Shown in pieces: positions 1 through 10,939 of a DNA stretch of 64,000 nt. The stretch's first letter is position 1, and each line of letters starts with the position of its first letter. Below the pieces are notes generated by a model. That model was not told where the DNA came from, did no database searches, and saw only the letters and a list, made by a program, of their open reading frames with translations. The stretch comes from Squalus acanthias (lineage: Eukaryota), in assembly GCA_030390025.1 (NCBI GenBank), contig CM059432.1:129086001-129150000 (forward strand), written 5' to 3'. The position numbers and the translations under genes were made by a program.

Positions 1-653
1 TCACAATAGTGAACACATTATGGCTCTTCAATGAGAATGAAACATGGTCACATTAGTTATTAAGAAGAACTGAACGTTAAATAACCCGTAAACTTTTCCA
101 GATGGAAAATGACGTAGTTTAAACTATGATTTTTACAGTCCAGAAGTCTGAGAGTAGCAGTCTCAGTGAGGCCTTCTCTACAGCAATTGAAAAATGGGGT
201 CAGTGGCGCTGGTGACAGAATTCCCAGAGTGGGAACCGAAGAGAGTATTCACATCGGAGTATCTACCCTATCGTGATTTGCTCTGTCTTCCAGTATGAAA
301 GGGTCTCTGCTATTGCTAGATAGGGATGTGGGGTGAGGGGGAGGTGGGGTAGAGAAGCAGGCTATTCGATCACGTCAAAAATCAGAACATTTATAATTTA
401 GTAAAAGGTGTATTGATTTGATATGTGCAAAAATGATTGGGAATCACAATTAAAAAAGCCACGATAAAACTGCATCAATTTCCCTAAGTTGTTTTCAGAC
501 TGAAAGATCAGTGATCACTAGAATGCATCTCGCTCCTTCCCAGGCCCTGAAATTCTTGGGGTTGGGGCAAGGCTTAAATTGGGATTTGCACCTGTATGGT
601 GGAGAGGAGGGACAGGATCCACCAAGTTTCCAGCTGGTTTCAGGGTGGGTTTA

Positions 654-1787
654 CGCAAGATAAGGGCTCATGGGGTTGGGGGTAATGTATTAGCATGGAT
701 TGAGGATTGGTTAATGAACAAAAAACAGAGAATTTGGATAAACGGGTCATTTTCCGGTTGGCAGGCTGTGACTGGCGGGGTGCCGCAAGGATCAGTGCTT
801 GTGCCTCAGCTATTTACATTCTATATTAATGACTTAGATGAAGGGACTGAGTGTAATGTATCCAGGTTTGCTGACGATACAAAACTAGGTGGGAAAGCAA
901 GCTGTGAGGGGGACACAAAGAGCCTGCAAAGAGATGTAGACAGGTTAAGTGAGTGGGCAATAAGGTGACAGATGGAATATAATGTGGGGGAAATGTGAGG
1001 TTATTCACTTTGCTAAGAAGAATAGGAAAACAGAATATTTTTTAAATGGTGAGAAACTATTAAATGTTGGTGTTCAGAGAGATTTAGGTGTCCTCGTACA
1101 GGAAACACAGAGTTAGCATGCAGGTACAGCAGGCAATTAGGAAGGCAAATGGCATGTTGGCCTTTATTGCAAGGGGGTTGGAGTACAAGAGTAAGGAAGT
1201 CTTGCTACATTTGTCCAGGCTTTGGTGAGACCACACCTGGAGTACTGTGCGCAGTTTTGGTCTCCTTGTCTAAGGAAGGATATACTTGCCTTAGAGGTGG
1301 TGCAATGAAGGTTAACTAGATTGATTCCTGGGAAAAGAGGGTTGTCCTATGAGGAGAGATTGAGTAGATTGGGCCTATACTCTCTGGAGTTTAGAAGAAT
1401 GAGAGATGATCTCATTGAAACATGTAAGATTCTGAAGGGGATTGACAGGGTAGATGCTGAGAGGTTGTTTCCCTGGCTGGGGAGTCTAGAACTAGGGGGC
1501 TTAGTCTCAAGATAAGGGGTCGGCCATTTAAGACTGAGCTGAGGAGGAATTTCTTCACTTAGAGGGTTGCGAATCTTTGGAATTCTCTACCCCAAAGGGC
1601 TGTGGATGCTGAATTATTGAGTATATTCAAGGTTGTGATCGATAGATTTTTGGACTCTAGGGGAATCAAGGGATATGGGGATCGGGCGGGAAAGTGCTGA
1701 GGTCGAAGATCACCATGATCTTATTGAATGGCAGAGCAGGCTCGAGGGGCTGTGTGGCCGACTCGTGCTCCTAATTCTTAGGTTTTT
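654..1787 (+). mobile_element. CR1 LINE, 5'-truncated 3' part (RT C-terminus and 3' UTR), disrupted
   Basis: Translation gives GVPQGSVL...FYINDLD...FADDTKLGG and LSYEERLSRLGLYSLEFRRMR, with stops and frameshifts; CR1-type 3' end near 1770-1787. Confidence 0.92.
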
Positions 1788-2120
1788 AAGAAGTGCCTCT
1801 CAGTGGCAGCCATATGTAAATGGAAGAGTTAGGACAGGATGATGTCACCCGTCCTAAATTCCATGACCGCCGCCTTCCCAAGCGCCCTTCTGATTGTACC
1901 CCACTATATAAAAGGCTCATTTGCACATTGAGGCAGAAGCGGTTGATTGAAGGGGAGCTGCTGAAGGTAAGATCACTTTTGCAGACTTTATGGTTGACTG
2001 CAGGTATCAGAAAACTATCTGCACTATTGTATGCAAGAAGCCTGCACCTGCATTTCCCATTGCCCGTGGAAAGCCTTGCAGTCAAAGAGAATTAGACAGA
2101 AAGTATCTGAGGGTTGCAAA

Positions 2121-3370
2121 ATGGTCTTCCCAATGGGCATTCCACTTTCCATGACTGGCATGTTGGAGGAAAAGGAGGAAGAGGAGCAGCAGGAGGCTGT
2201 AAGGCAAGCCAGATTAATCAGGCAGCTCCAGAAGAGAGCCAGACTACGCTGGAGCTACACATCCAGTACGATGTATCAACCTAAGTGAACTTTCCAAAAT
2301 CACATGAGCTGTGTCTTAGGAGGCTGCACTTCAGTCATCAAAGCGTTGGATGACCTCTGTTGGTTGCTGCGCCCAGATCTGCAATCAAGGTCCACAGCAT
2401 GGACAGTTCTGACTGAGGCAGAGAAAGTCAACATATCTCTCATGCCTCAGGCTCATTCCAGGGAGCCACAGGGGACTTTTCCCAGATCAGCTCATTTGCT
2501 GTTCATTCAACAATAACAACTTGCATTTATATAGCATCTTTAATGTAGTAAAACATCCCAAGGTTCTTCACAGGAGTGTAATCAACTAAAATTTGACACC
2601 GTTCTACATAAGGAGATATTAGGACAGGTGACCAAAAGCTTGATCAGAGAGATAGGTTTTAAGGAGCGTCTTAAAGGAGGGGAGAGAGGTCGAGAGGCAG
2701 AGAGGTTTAGGGAGGGAATTCCAGAGCTTAGGGTCCAGGCAGCTGAAGGCACGGCCACCAATGAAGGAGCATTGAAAATCGAGGATGCGCAAGAGGCCAG
2801 AATTGGAGGAGCGCAGAAATCTTGGAGGGTTGTAGGGCTGGAGGAGGTTACAGAGATAGAGAGCATTCCTATATATGGCAATTCACCGATGCCTCCCTTG
2901 CCTGGGCAGTCCAGTTTATACACTTCAATAGTGGGCACAGCTGATGACTGAGGGGCAATACATTTTTTCAGATCTCCAGATTCCCCCAAGGAATTGGAAG
3001 CGATTGATTGTACCCAAGTGGCATTGTGTGTCCCAAATGTGAGCCTTCGTATTTACATCATCCGCAAAGGCTTCCAATCTCTAAACGTGCAGGTTACGAC
3101 AGTGGACAGTGGGAGTTTAAATGAAGGTTTTGGTGCCTGGAAAAGTTTGGGGGGTGCCCTTCAGTGTGGACCAAGCACTGTCTTGTGAATTGGCAATACC
3201 ATGTTGTGTGCTTCATAACTTTACAATCAGGAAAATAACTGATGGTAAATGTCCCAGTAGATGCCAGAGAGGCTGATGATGTCACTGTTTACGCCAAACA
3301 ACATGAAGCAGGTGCAGACCAGTGCTACTAAACAGCTGAGCCCTCAACTCATTCAGGACACCTTCACAGA
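2121..3370 (+). pseudogene. Harbinger (HARBI1-like) DDE transposase pseudogene, interrupted by an L2 fragment and internally deleted
   Basis: Acidic N-terminus (MVFPMG...EEKEEEEQQ), LCWLLRPDLQSRST...EKVNISL, AIDCTQVAL...IRKGFQSLNVQV (first catalytic Asp motif), GGALQC and CCVLHN, spread over several frames. Confidence 0.85.
2508..2860 (-). mobile_element. L2 LINE 3' fragment inserted in the transposase
   Basis: Reverse complement ends ...ctatataaatgcaagttgttattgttg, the same tail as the L2 at 38748-39325. Confidence 0.85.
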
Positions 3371-3938
3371 TGCATAGAGCACTGTTTGTTATCTCAACCC
3401 ACTAAAATGCAGCCTCCTCTCACTATCCTCTCCATGGTCCCAATGACACCCTTGCTCCTCACAATTAGCCATCAAATCCTAATCATGAGTCTCAACATCA
3501 GCACAGTACCTGGTCCCAAACACCAAGCAGTCATTGCATTAATAATTCCAGTATATTTATTGCAACTATTTACAAAGTCACCATGCAGCCTATGGTTTTC
3601 TACATGCCACCTGAGGGCATGGGATCTGAGATCTAGATGGCTAATCCAAACTATTATGAGCCTCTTGGGATGGAGGTGGCCTTCCTATCAGGCACCTTGT
3701 CCGGGGATAGGCACGGGATACGCTGATTTTGTTATAGGCTGTTTGTCAGCCTGGTCCTGCCAAGTTGAGGGCTTCTGCCGGAAGTAGATGAAATGCTCCT
3801 CTTTGCTGCTGCCATGAGGAGAAGCAGCCTTATAGGGATGCACAACAGCTACTCCACTGGTACTGGGAACAGGATTCTGGTTGTCAGCCACCAGTGGGAG
3901 AACTGGCCTCACAGAAACAGAAAGATCCTTAAATCCTT

Positions 3939-6900
3939 GAACATAAGAACATAAGAAATAGGAGCAGGAGTAGGCCATTTGGCCCCTCGAGCCTGCTCCA
4001 CCATTCAATGAGATCATGGCTGATCTTCTGCCTCATCTCCACTTTCCTGCACTATCCCCATTTCCTCTTGATTCCCTTAATATCCAAATATCTATTGATC
4101 TCTGTCTTGAATATACTCAATGACTGAGCCTCCACAGGCCTCTGGGGTAGAGAATTCCAAAGATTCACCACCCTCTGAGTGAAGAAATTTCTCCTCATCT
4201 CAGTCCTAAATGGCCGACCCCTTATTCTGAGACTGTGACCCCTGGTTCTAGACTCCCCAGCCAGGGGAAACATCCTCACTGCATCTACCCTGTCAAGCCC
4301 TGTAAGAATTTTGTATGTTTCAATGAGATCACCTCTCATTCTTCTAAACTCTAGAGAATATAGGCCTAGTCTACTCAATCTCTCCTCATAGGACAATCCT
4401 CCCATCCCAGGAACCAGTCTGGTGAACCTTCGTTGCACTCCCTGTATGGCAAGTATATCCTTCCTTAGGTAAGGAGAGCAAAACTGTACACAATACTCCA
4501 GGTGTGGTCTCACTAGGGCCCTATATAATTGCAGTAAGACGTCTTTACTCTTATACTCAAATCCTCTTGTAATAAAGGCCAACATACCATTTGCTTTCCT
4601 AATTGCTTGCTGTAACTGCATGTTAACTTGCAGTGATTTGTGTACAAGGACACCCAGGTCCCTCTGAACACCAACATTTCCCAATCTCTCACCATTTAAA
4701 AAATACTCTGCTTTTCTATTTTTCCTACCAAAGTGGATAACTTCATATTTCTCTACATTATATTCCATTTGCCATGTTCTTGCCCAAGCACTTAGCCTGT
4801 CTATATCCCCTTGAAGCCTCTTTGCATCCTCCTCACAACTTACATTCCCACCTAGCTTTGTGTCATCAGCAAACTTGGATATATTACATTTGGCCCCCTC
4901 ATCCAAATCATTGATATAGATTGTGAATAGCTAAGGCCCAAGCACTGATCCATGCAGTACCCCACTAGTTACAACCTGATAACCCAAAAATGACCCGCTT
5001 ATTCCAACTTTCTGTTTTCTGTCCGTTAACCAATCCTCAATCCATGCTAGTATATTACCCCCAATCCCATGAGCCCTAATTTTGTTTAATTACCTCTTGT
5101 GTGGCACCTTATCGAATGCCTTCTGAAAGTCCAAATACATCACATCCACTGGTTCCCCCTTATCTATTCTGCTAGTTACAACATCAAGAAACTCTAACAG
5201 ATTTGTCAAACACGATTTCCCTTTCATAAATCCGTGTTGACTCTGCCCAATCCAATTATTATTTTCTAAGTGCCCTGTTACCACATCCTTAATAATAGAT
5301 TCTAGCATTTTCCCTACTATTGATGTCAGGCTAACTGGTCTGTAGTTCCCCATTTTCTCTCTCCCTCCTTTCTTAAATAGTGGGGTTACATTTGCTACCT
5401 TCCAATCTGCAGGAACCATTCTAGAATCTATGGTATTTTGGAAAATGACAACCAATGCATCCACTATCTCTATAGCCAACTCTTTCAAAGCCCTAGGATG
5501 TAGGCCATCAGATCCAGGGGATTTATTGGCTTTCAGTCCCATTAATTTCTCCAGTACTATTTTTTTACTAATACTAATGTCTTTCAGTTCTTCATTCTTG
5601 CTAGACCCTTGGTTCTCCACTATTTCTGGGAAGTTTTTTGCATCTTCTTCTCTGAAGACAGACACAAAGGGCTGGATTTTAATTGACCCATGGAGACGGG
5701 TTTGGAGGCGTGTGGGGGGTTATAATTGCGAAAACTGGCGGGCGGGCACAAGCCTACCTCCATCCTGCCTCCACGCAATTTTCAATAAATCGTGTCTGCT
5801 GGTCCCAACTCCGTCCCGCCTCTAAAAGGCAGGATAGGCTGTTAAGGCCCTTAACAAGCACTAAATTGCCTCTATAATGCCATTTTGAAAGGCCGTTGTG
5901 ATTTTAACCCTTTTTCTACATGAAGCACGCCTTTTCTGAACCACGAATGTGAAACCTGGCGGGAGCACATTTGGGGCGGGGCGAGGCTGGGCTGGGCTGG
6001 GCTGATCTGATCTGGGAGTGGTGGTAAATGGGAGACATATCTGGGAGTAGTGCTGCAAGGGAGACATATCTGGGAGTGGTGGTGCAAGGGAGACATATCT
6101 GGGAGTGGTGGTGCAAAAATATCTGGGAGCAGACTTAGGGCTGCTGCTGCTCATTTTGCATCCAGGTCCTCTCACAGCGAAGGCCAGGCAGTCTTTGCAG
6201 ACCTTCAATGCAGCAGCAATGATGACATCATCAGAGGTGACTTTCAGACTGAAAACACTAATTGGGTCATGGGTTCCCACATGCTGGAACTCAATTGCCC
6301 AATTAGGTGAAAATCGCATCAATCTCCCACATCCAATAGCAGTCGGGTGGATAACACGAAAAGTGGATAACACGACCCCAACCCGCCCCAGTATCAAAAT
6401 CCAGCCCAAAGTATTTGTTTAATTTCTCTGCCATTTCCTTATTCCCCATTATAATTTCTCCTGTCTCAGCCTGTAAGGGACCCACATTTACTTTCGCTAA
6501 TCTTTTCCTTTTTGCATACCTATAGAAGCTTTTACAATCTGTTTTTATGTCTCTCGCTAGTTTACTCTCATATTCTATTTTCCCTTTCTTTATTAATTTT
6601 TTGGTCCTCCTTTGCTGAATTCTAAAATCCTCCCAATCCTCAGGCTTCCTACTCATTTTGGCAACATTATAAGCCTCTTTCTTTGATCTAATGCTATCTT
6701 TAACTTCTCTTGTTAGCCACGGTTGGACCACTTTTCCTGTGGGGTTTTTGTGCCTTAAAGGAATGTATATTTGTTGTAAATTATGTATTAATTCTTTAAA
6801 TGCTAGCCATTGCTTGTCTACCATCATACCTGTTAATGTAGCTTCCCAATCTACCTTAGCCAACTCGCCCCTCATACCTATGTAGTTTGCTTTGTTTAGG

Positions 6901-7600
6901 TTTAAGACCCGAGTTTCGGATTTAACGAAATCACTTTCAAACTCAACATAAAATTCTAACATATTATGGTCACTCTTCCCTAAAGGCCCCTTTACTACAA
7001 GGTTATTAATTTACCCTTTCTCGTTGCACAATACTAGATCTAAAATAGCCTGTTCCCTAGTTGGTTCCTCAACATACTGTTCTAGAAAACTATCTTGCAT
7101 ACATTCCATGAACTCATCCTCCACACTATTACTGCAAATTTGGTTTGCCCAGTCTATATGTAGATTAAAGTCCCCAATGATTACTGTATTACCCTTGTTA
7201 CATGCGCCTCTAATTTCCTGATTTATACTCTGCCCTACATTACAGCTATTGTTTGGGGGCCTATAAACAACTCCCACCAATGTTTTCTGCCCCTTGCTGT
7301 TTCTTAGCTCCACCTAAACTGATTCTACTTCTTGATTTTCAGAGCTAAGATCCTTTCTCTCTACTGTCTTTATCCCATCCTTTATTATCAGGGCTACCCC
7401 TCCTCCTTTTCCATTTTGCCTATCTCTTCTAAAAGTTAAGTATCCTGGAATATTTAGTTCCCAAACTTGGCCACATTGCAACCACATCTCCATAATGGCT
7501 ATTAGATCAAACCTACTCATTTCTATCTGTGCTATTAATTCATCTATTTTGTTGCGAATGCTTCGTGCATTTAGATATAGTGCCTTTAGCTTTGACTTAT
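3939..7600 (-). mobile_element. CR1 LINE 'b', 3' part (ORF2 APE endonuclease and RT, disrupted); continues at 15529-16909
   Basis: ORF pieces: LKALYLNARS, GVVYRPPN...IGDFNL (endonuclease); [36 protein letters not shown] (RT). Tail repeat (TTCTTATG)n at 3939-3960. Confidence 0.95.
5669..6407. mobile_element. Harbinger-type MITE inserted in CR1-b
   Basis: 12-bp perfect TIR GGGCTGGATTTT...AAAATCCAGCCC and 3-bp TSD AAA (5666-5668 / 6408-6410). Removing it restores the CR1 ORF2 frame (NKYFVSVF). Internal ~29-bp tandem repeat at ~6010-6130. Confidence 0.93.
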
Positions 7601-8470
7601 AGAGTCATAGGGGGGAATTTTGCCAGCCCTGGGGAGGCAGGTTTGGAGGCGGGACTGCCAGGAAAATGGCAGAATCTGGGGGCGGGTACCCATCCTGCCC
7701 CCAACCCACCTCCGTGCCATCTTCCCAGGAGGCGGGTAGCCAACCCGCACTGGGAGCCACCTCCCCGAGGCGGGAAGGGGATTATTGCCAATTAACTGCC
7801 TGTTAACAGGTAGTTAACAGGCAGTTATTTGGCTAATTCCTATTTTCAGCCCTGAAGTGTGGGCTTCCCGACGGCTGCAAACCTCGCCAGGGCCAGCGAG
7901 GTGAGCCGTGGGTCTGCGGGGGTCGGAGGGGCCGTGATGTCCGGTGTGCAGGTGAGTGATGGTTGCATGTGTGCAGAGGTAAGTGTGTGAGGTGAGTGTA
8001 AAGTGTTTTAATAAGTTTTACTTACCATTACTTCTTCCTGCAGGCTTCCTCCCTTCAGGTCTCGGAGTCCCTCAGCTCACCGGCACAGAAAGCAGAATGG
8101 CCGCTGAACTGTTAAAAGCTGCAGCCTTCTGCTTTCTGCTCAGGAAAAGAGCTCTCTAACTCAGCCAGAGTGACAGGACTGAACTTAGAGGAGCTCGATT
8201 TTGCCAGTGTGGGCGGGCTGGGGCGTGTCAGGTGGCATTCGTGTCAGGACCCCAACTCCAAAGTGAAGTGGGGAAAAAGTGCAATTTTCCCCTAATTGGG
8301 CAATTGATTTCCAGCGTGTGGGAACCCCTGGCCCAATGAGTCTTTTCATACAGAAAGTCACCTCCGATGGCGTCATCAATGCTGCTGGATTTAAGGCCTG
8401 CAAGCAGCCTTGCTTCTTCTGGAGACTGCAAACTTTATGGTGATTGTAGTAAGGAATTCATTGATTGACT

Positions 8471-10466
8471 ATGTCCAGCAGCAGGCAAAAGTGTGCTCCA
8501 CGCTTCGATGAGCCCTCCCTCCAAGCTCTGGTGGAGGGAGCAAGGTCGAATAAGGAGGTGCTCTTCCCTTCCTCAGGGAGAAAAAAGCCACCCCAGCAGA
8601 CAAAAGCTGTGTGGCTACAAGTGGCCCAGGAGGTCAACTCCATATCGATGAGCCGCAGAACCTGGCTGCAATGCAGGAAGAGGTTTCATGACCTTCTCCG
8701 CACAGGAAAAGTGAGTATGACTTTCCCATCTCCCTCAATCTGATCCCCATCGCCTCTCCTCACCAACACTCTGCTTTGCTAACCTCTTCCTCCCATATCC
8801 CACTTGACACTTACATCCCTGCACCCTTACCCATTGCCTCTCTCTCTATGGCTACATTCACTTAACTATTCGACCATGTAGCCCTCACACTCCCTATCAC
8901 TGTGATGTAACAACAACAACAACTTACAACACACAGGGAGGGCCTTTTGTCTCTTTCTAAGCATCTATGCTATGCATTCTCTACACTCACTCCTTCATTC
9001 TCACTCAAACTCCACTTCTGTCCCTCATTGCAGGAAAAGAGAGTCCACAATAAGAGGGAAAGTGCCATGACAGGAGGAGGGCCACGCTCAGTAGCCCAGC
9101 TCACCGCCTGGGAGGAGGCAGCCCTGGAAATCGCTGGGATCGAGGAGGATTCCCAAGTGGGGGACGGACAGACGGGCGCATCACAGCAAGCTGGTGACAG
9201 AATAGTTTGGCATCTCTCTCATTGACATTGCATGAGTCACTGATAATGAATCTGATGCTCTAACAGATTGACTTATGATCATCTGCACTATTCAATGTGC
9301 ATGCAACCTTGACTTCACATCTCTAATTCTTTCCTTTACTCCCCCACAGGACCATCGAGAGCCCCCGTCCCCACTGTCCAGGAGGAAGAGCATGAGCTTC
9401 CAGACTCCTCAGAGGAAGCTGCAACCTCTGAGGGCGCAGCGTTAGTAGAATTCAGTGCATCCAGCACCAGTGCAGATACACACCCCGGTGGGATCTTCGC
9501 AAGATAGAGTAGTGTTGGCAGCTGGTGTATCACAGCTCACAAGTGAGCATCAGCAGATGGTGGAGACAGGGACAGCAGTGGAGAGTCCTCGTCGGAGGGC
9601 GCAGGACTCTGCCAGCTCGGCTCAGCTGCATGTCGACCCTGTGCCTCCAGGTCCATCCAGAAGGAGAGCAGTGCTGGAACTCCAGGAACAGGTGCAGGAG
9701 TCTCTGGCAGGTTTTGTCTCCAGGGTCGCTGCGAGTGTGGAGCGAATGGAAGAGTCCATCGCGAACATGAGCAGAGCCTTTGTGGAGGCATTGGCGCATG
9801 AACGCATCACCGCGGAAAGGATGGCAACCTCCGTGGAAAGGATGGCTAACTCCGTGGTAAGGCTGGCTACCGTAGAGTAGAGGATGGCTACGGTAGAGGA
9901 GAGGATAGCTACGACCATGGAGGAGCTTAGTCGCCAGGGTCTTGAAAACATGGTCATTGTTCAGAATAGAATACATCTCTTGAGGAGCGATGGTCAGCTA
10001 TTGAGCATAGAAACCAGACCTTCATGGAAGTCCTCTGGAGTAGGACTTCCAGTGCAGAAACGGTCCTCATGGCCCCCCTGAAGTGCAGCAAGGTGCTGTC
10101 AAGCCACTTGCTAGCTCTGAAGTGGGGCTGACCCATGAGAGGGATGTTGGTGGCAGACAACAAGGAAGTGGGGGCTCCTCTCCAAGCGCTCACACGACCA
10201 TGCCACTGCAGAGCCCTCGGTCAGAGCCCCACCAGAGTCCTCACCCAACTGAGATGGGCATCTCAGCCCCTGCACAGCCGCAGGTGCAGCAGACTGTTGC
10301 TGAACCCGCACAGGTTCGCAACCCCAGAGGATGCCCGTCAAAGGCGTTGAGACAGGAGCAGCAAGAAAGTGAGCAAGGGGCCTCCACATCTGCTGAAGCC
10401 ACAGGGGAAGCACCACGTAGGAGCACGCGTAAGAGGAAGATAATGCACAAGCAGTCACAAGGGTAG
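8471..10466 (+). pseudogene. Harbinger Myb/SANT-like (MADF/MSANTD-type) DNA-binding gene; exons 8471-8710, 9034-9193, 9350-10466; exon 3 disrupted
   Basis: Exon 1 MSSSRQKCAPRFDEPSLQALV...WLQVAQEVNS...RTWLQCRKRFHDLLRTGK ends at gtgagt. Exon 2 EKRVHNKRESAMTGGGP follows cattgcag. Exon 3 follows ccccacag. Splice phases are compatible (0, then 1). Frameshift near 9480, TAG at 9878-9880, further shift near 10010-10080. Confidence 0.88.
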
Positions 10467-10712
10467 TCACTTGGGTGCTGTGATGTATTGTATTTGGATC
10501 AGCCATCCTTGTCATGGTATCATAAACAGATTTGATGGCAAACTGTTGAAGTTGTGTCCTGTGTCATTTCGCAAATGGGACTTTCACATTGAGGGTTTAG
10601 GGCGACTTGCAATTGTCAGTATGGTGGTCAGAGTGATAGGAATCCGCAGGTTCTTGTCCATTGTCGATGCTCTGGTAAAAAGGTGCGAGACAAAAGTGTT
10701 TGATTGTGCAGG

Positions 10713-10939
10713 CTAAGCAAATCTGGCCAACATGAGTGCGTCCCTTGCATCCTGGGCAGCAATGTTGTCGCGCTCTGGCGCCTTCTGGCCTGTGCATCTT
10801 CAGGTGGGTGAGCAGCAGCTTGGCGCTCCTGTTGTTGCTGCTGCAGTTGGTGCTGCTGTTGTTCAGGGTTCTGCTGCTGCCATGGCTGGTCTTCGTCTGA
10901 ATCTGATGTCCAGGAGGAAAGGAAATAAATGGTTCCCAT
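10713..10939 (-). pseudogene. Harbinger transposase remnant: N-terminus joined to C-terminus, catalytic core deleted
   Basis: MGTIYFLSSWTSDSDEDQPWQQQ... is followed in another frame by DNIAAQDARDALMLARFA*, which resembles the C-terminal ARxxLIxxRF motif of HARBI1-like proteins. Confidence 0.65.
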
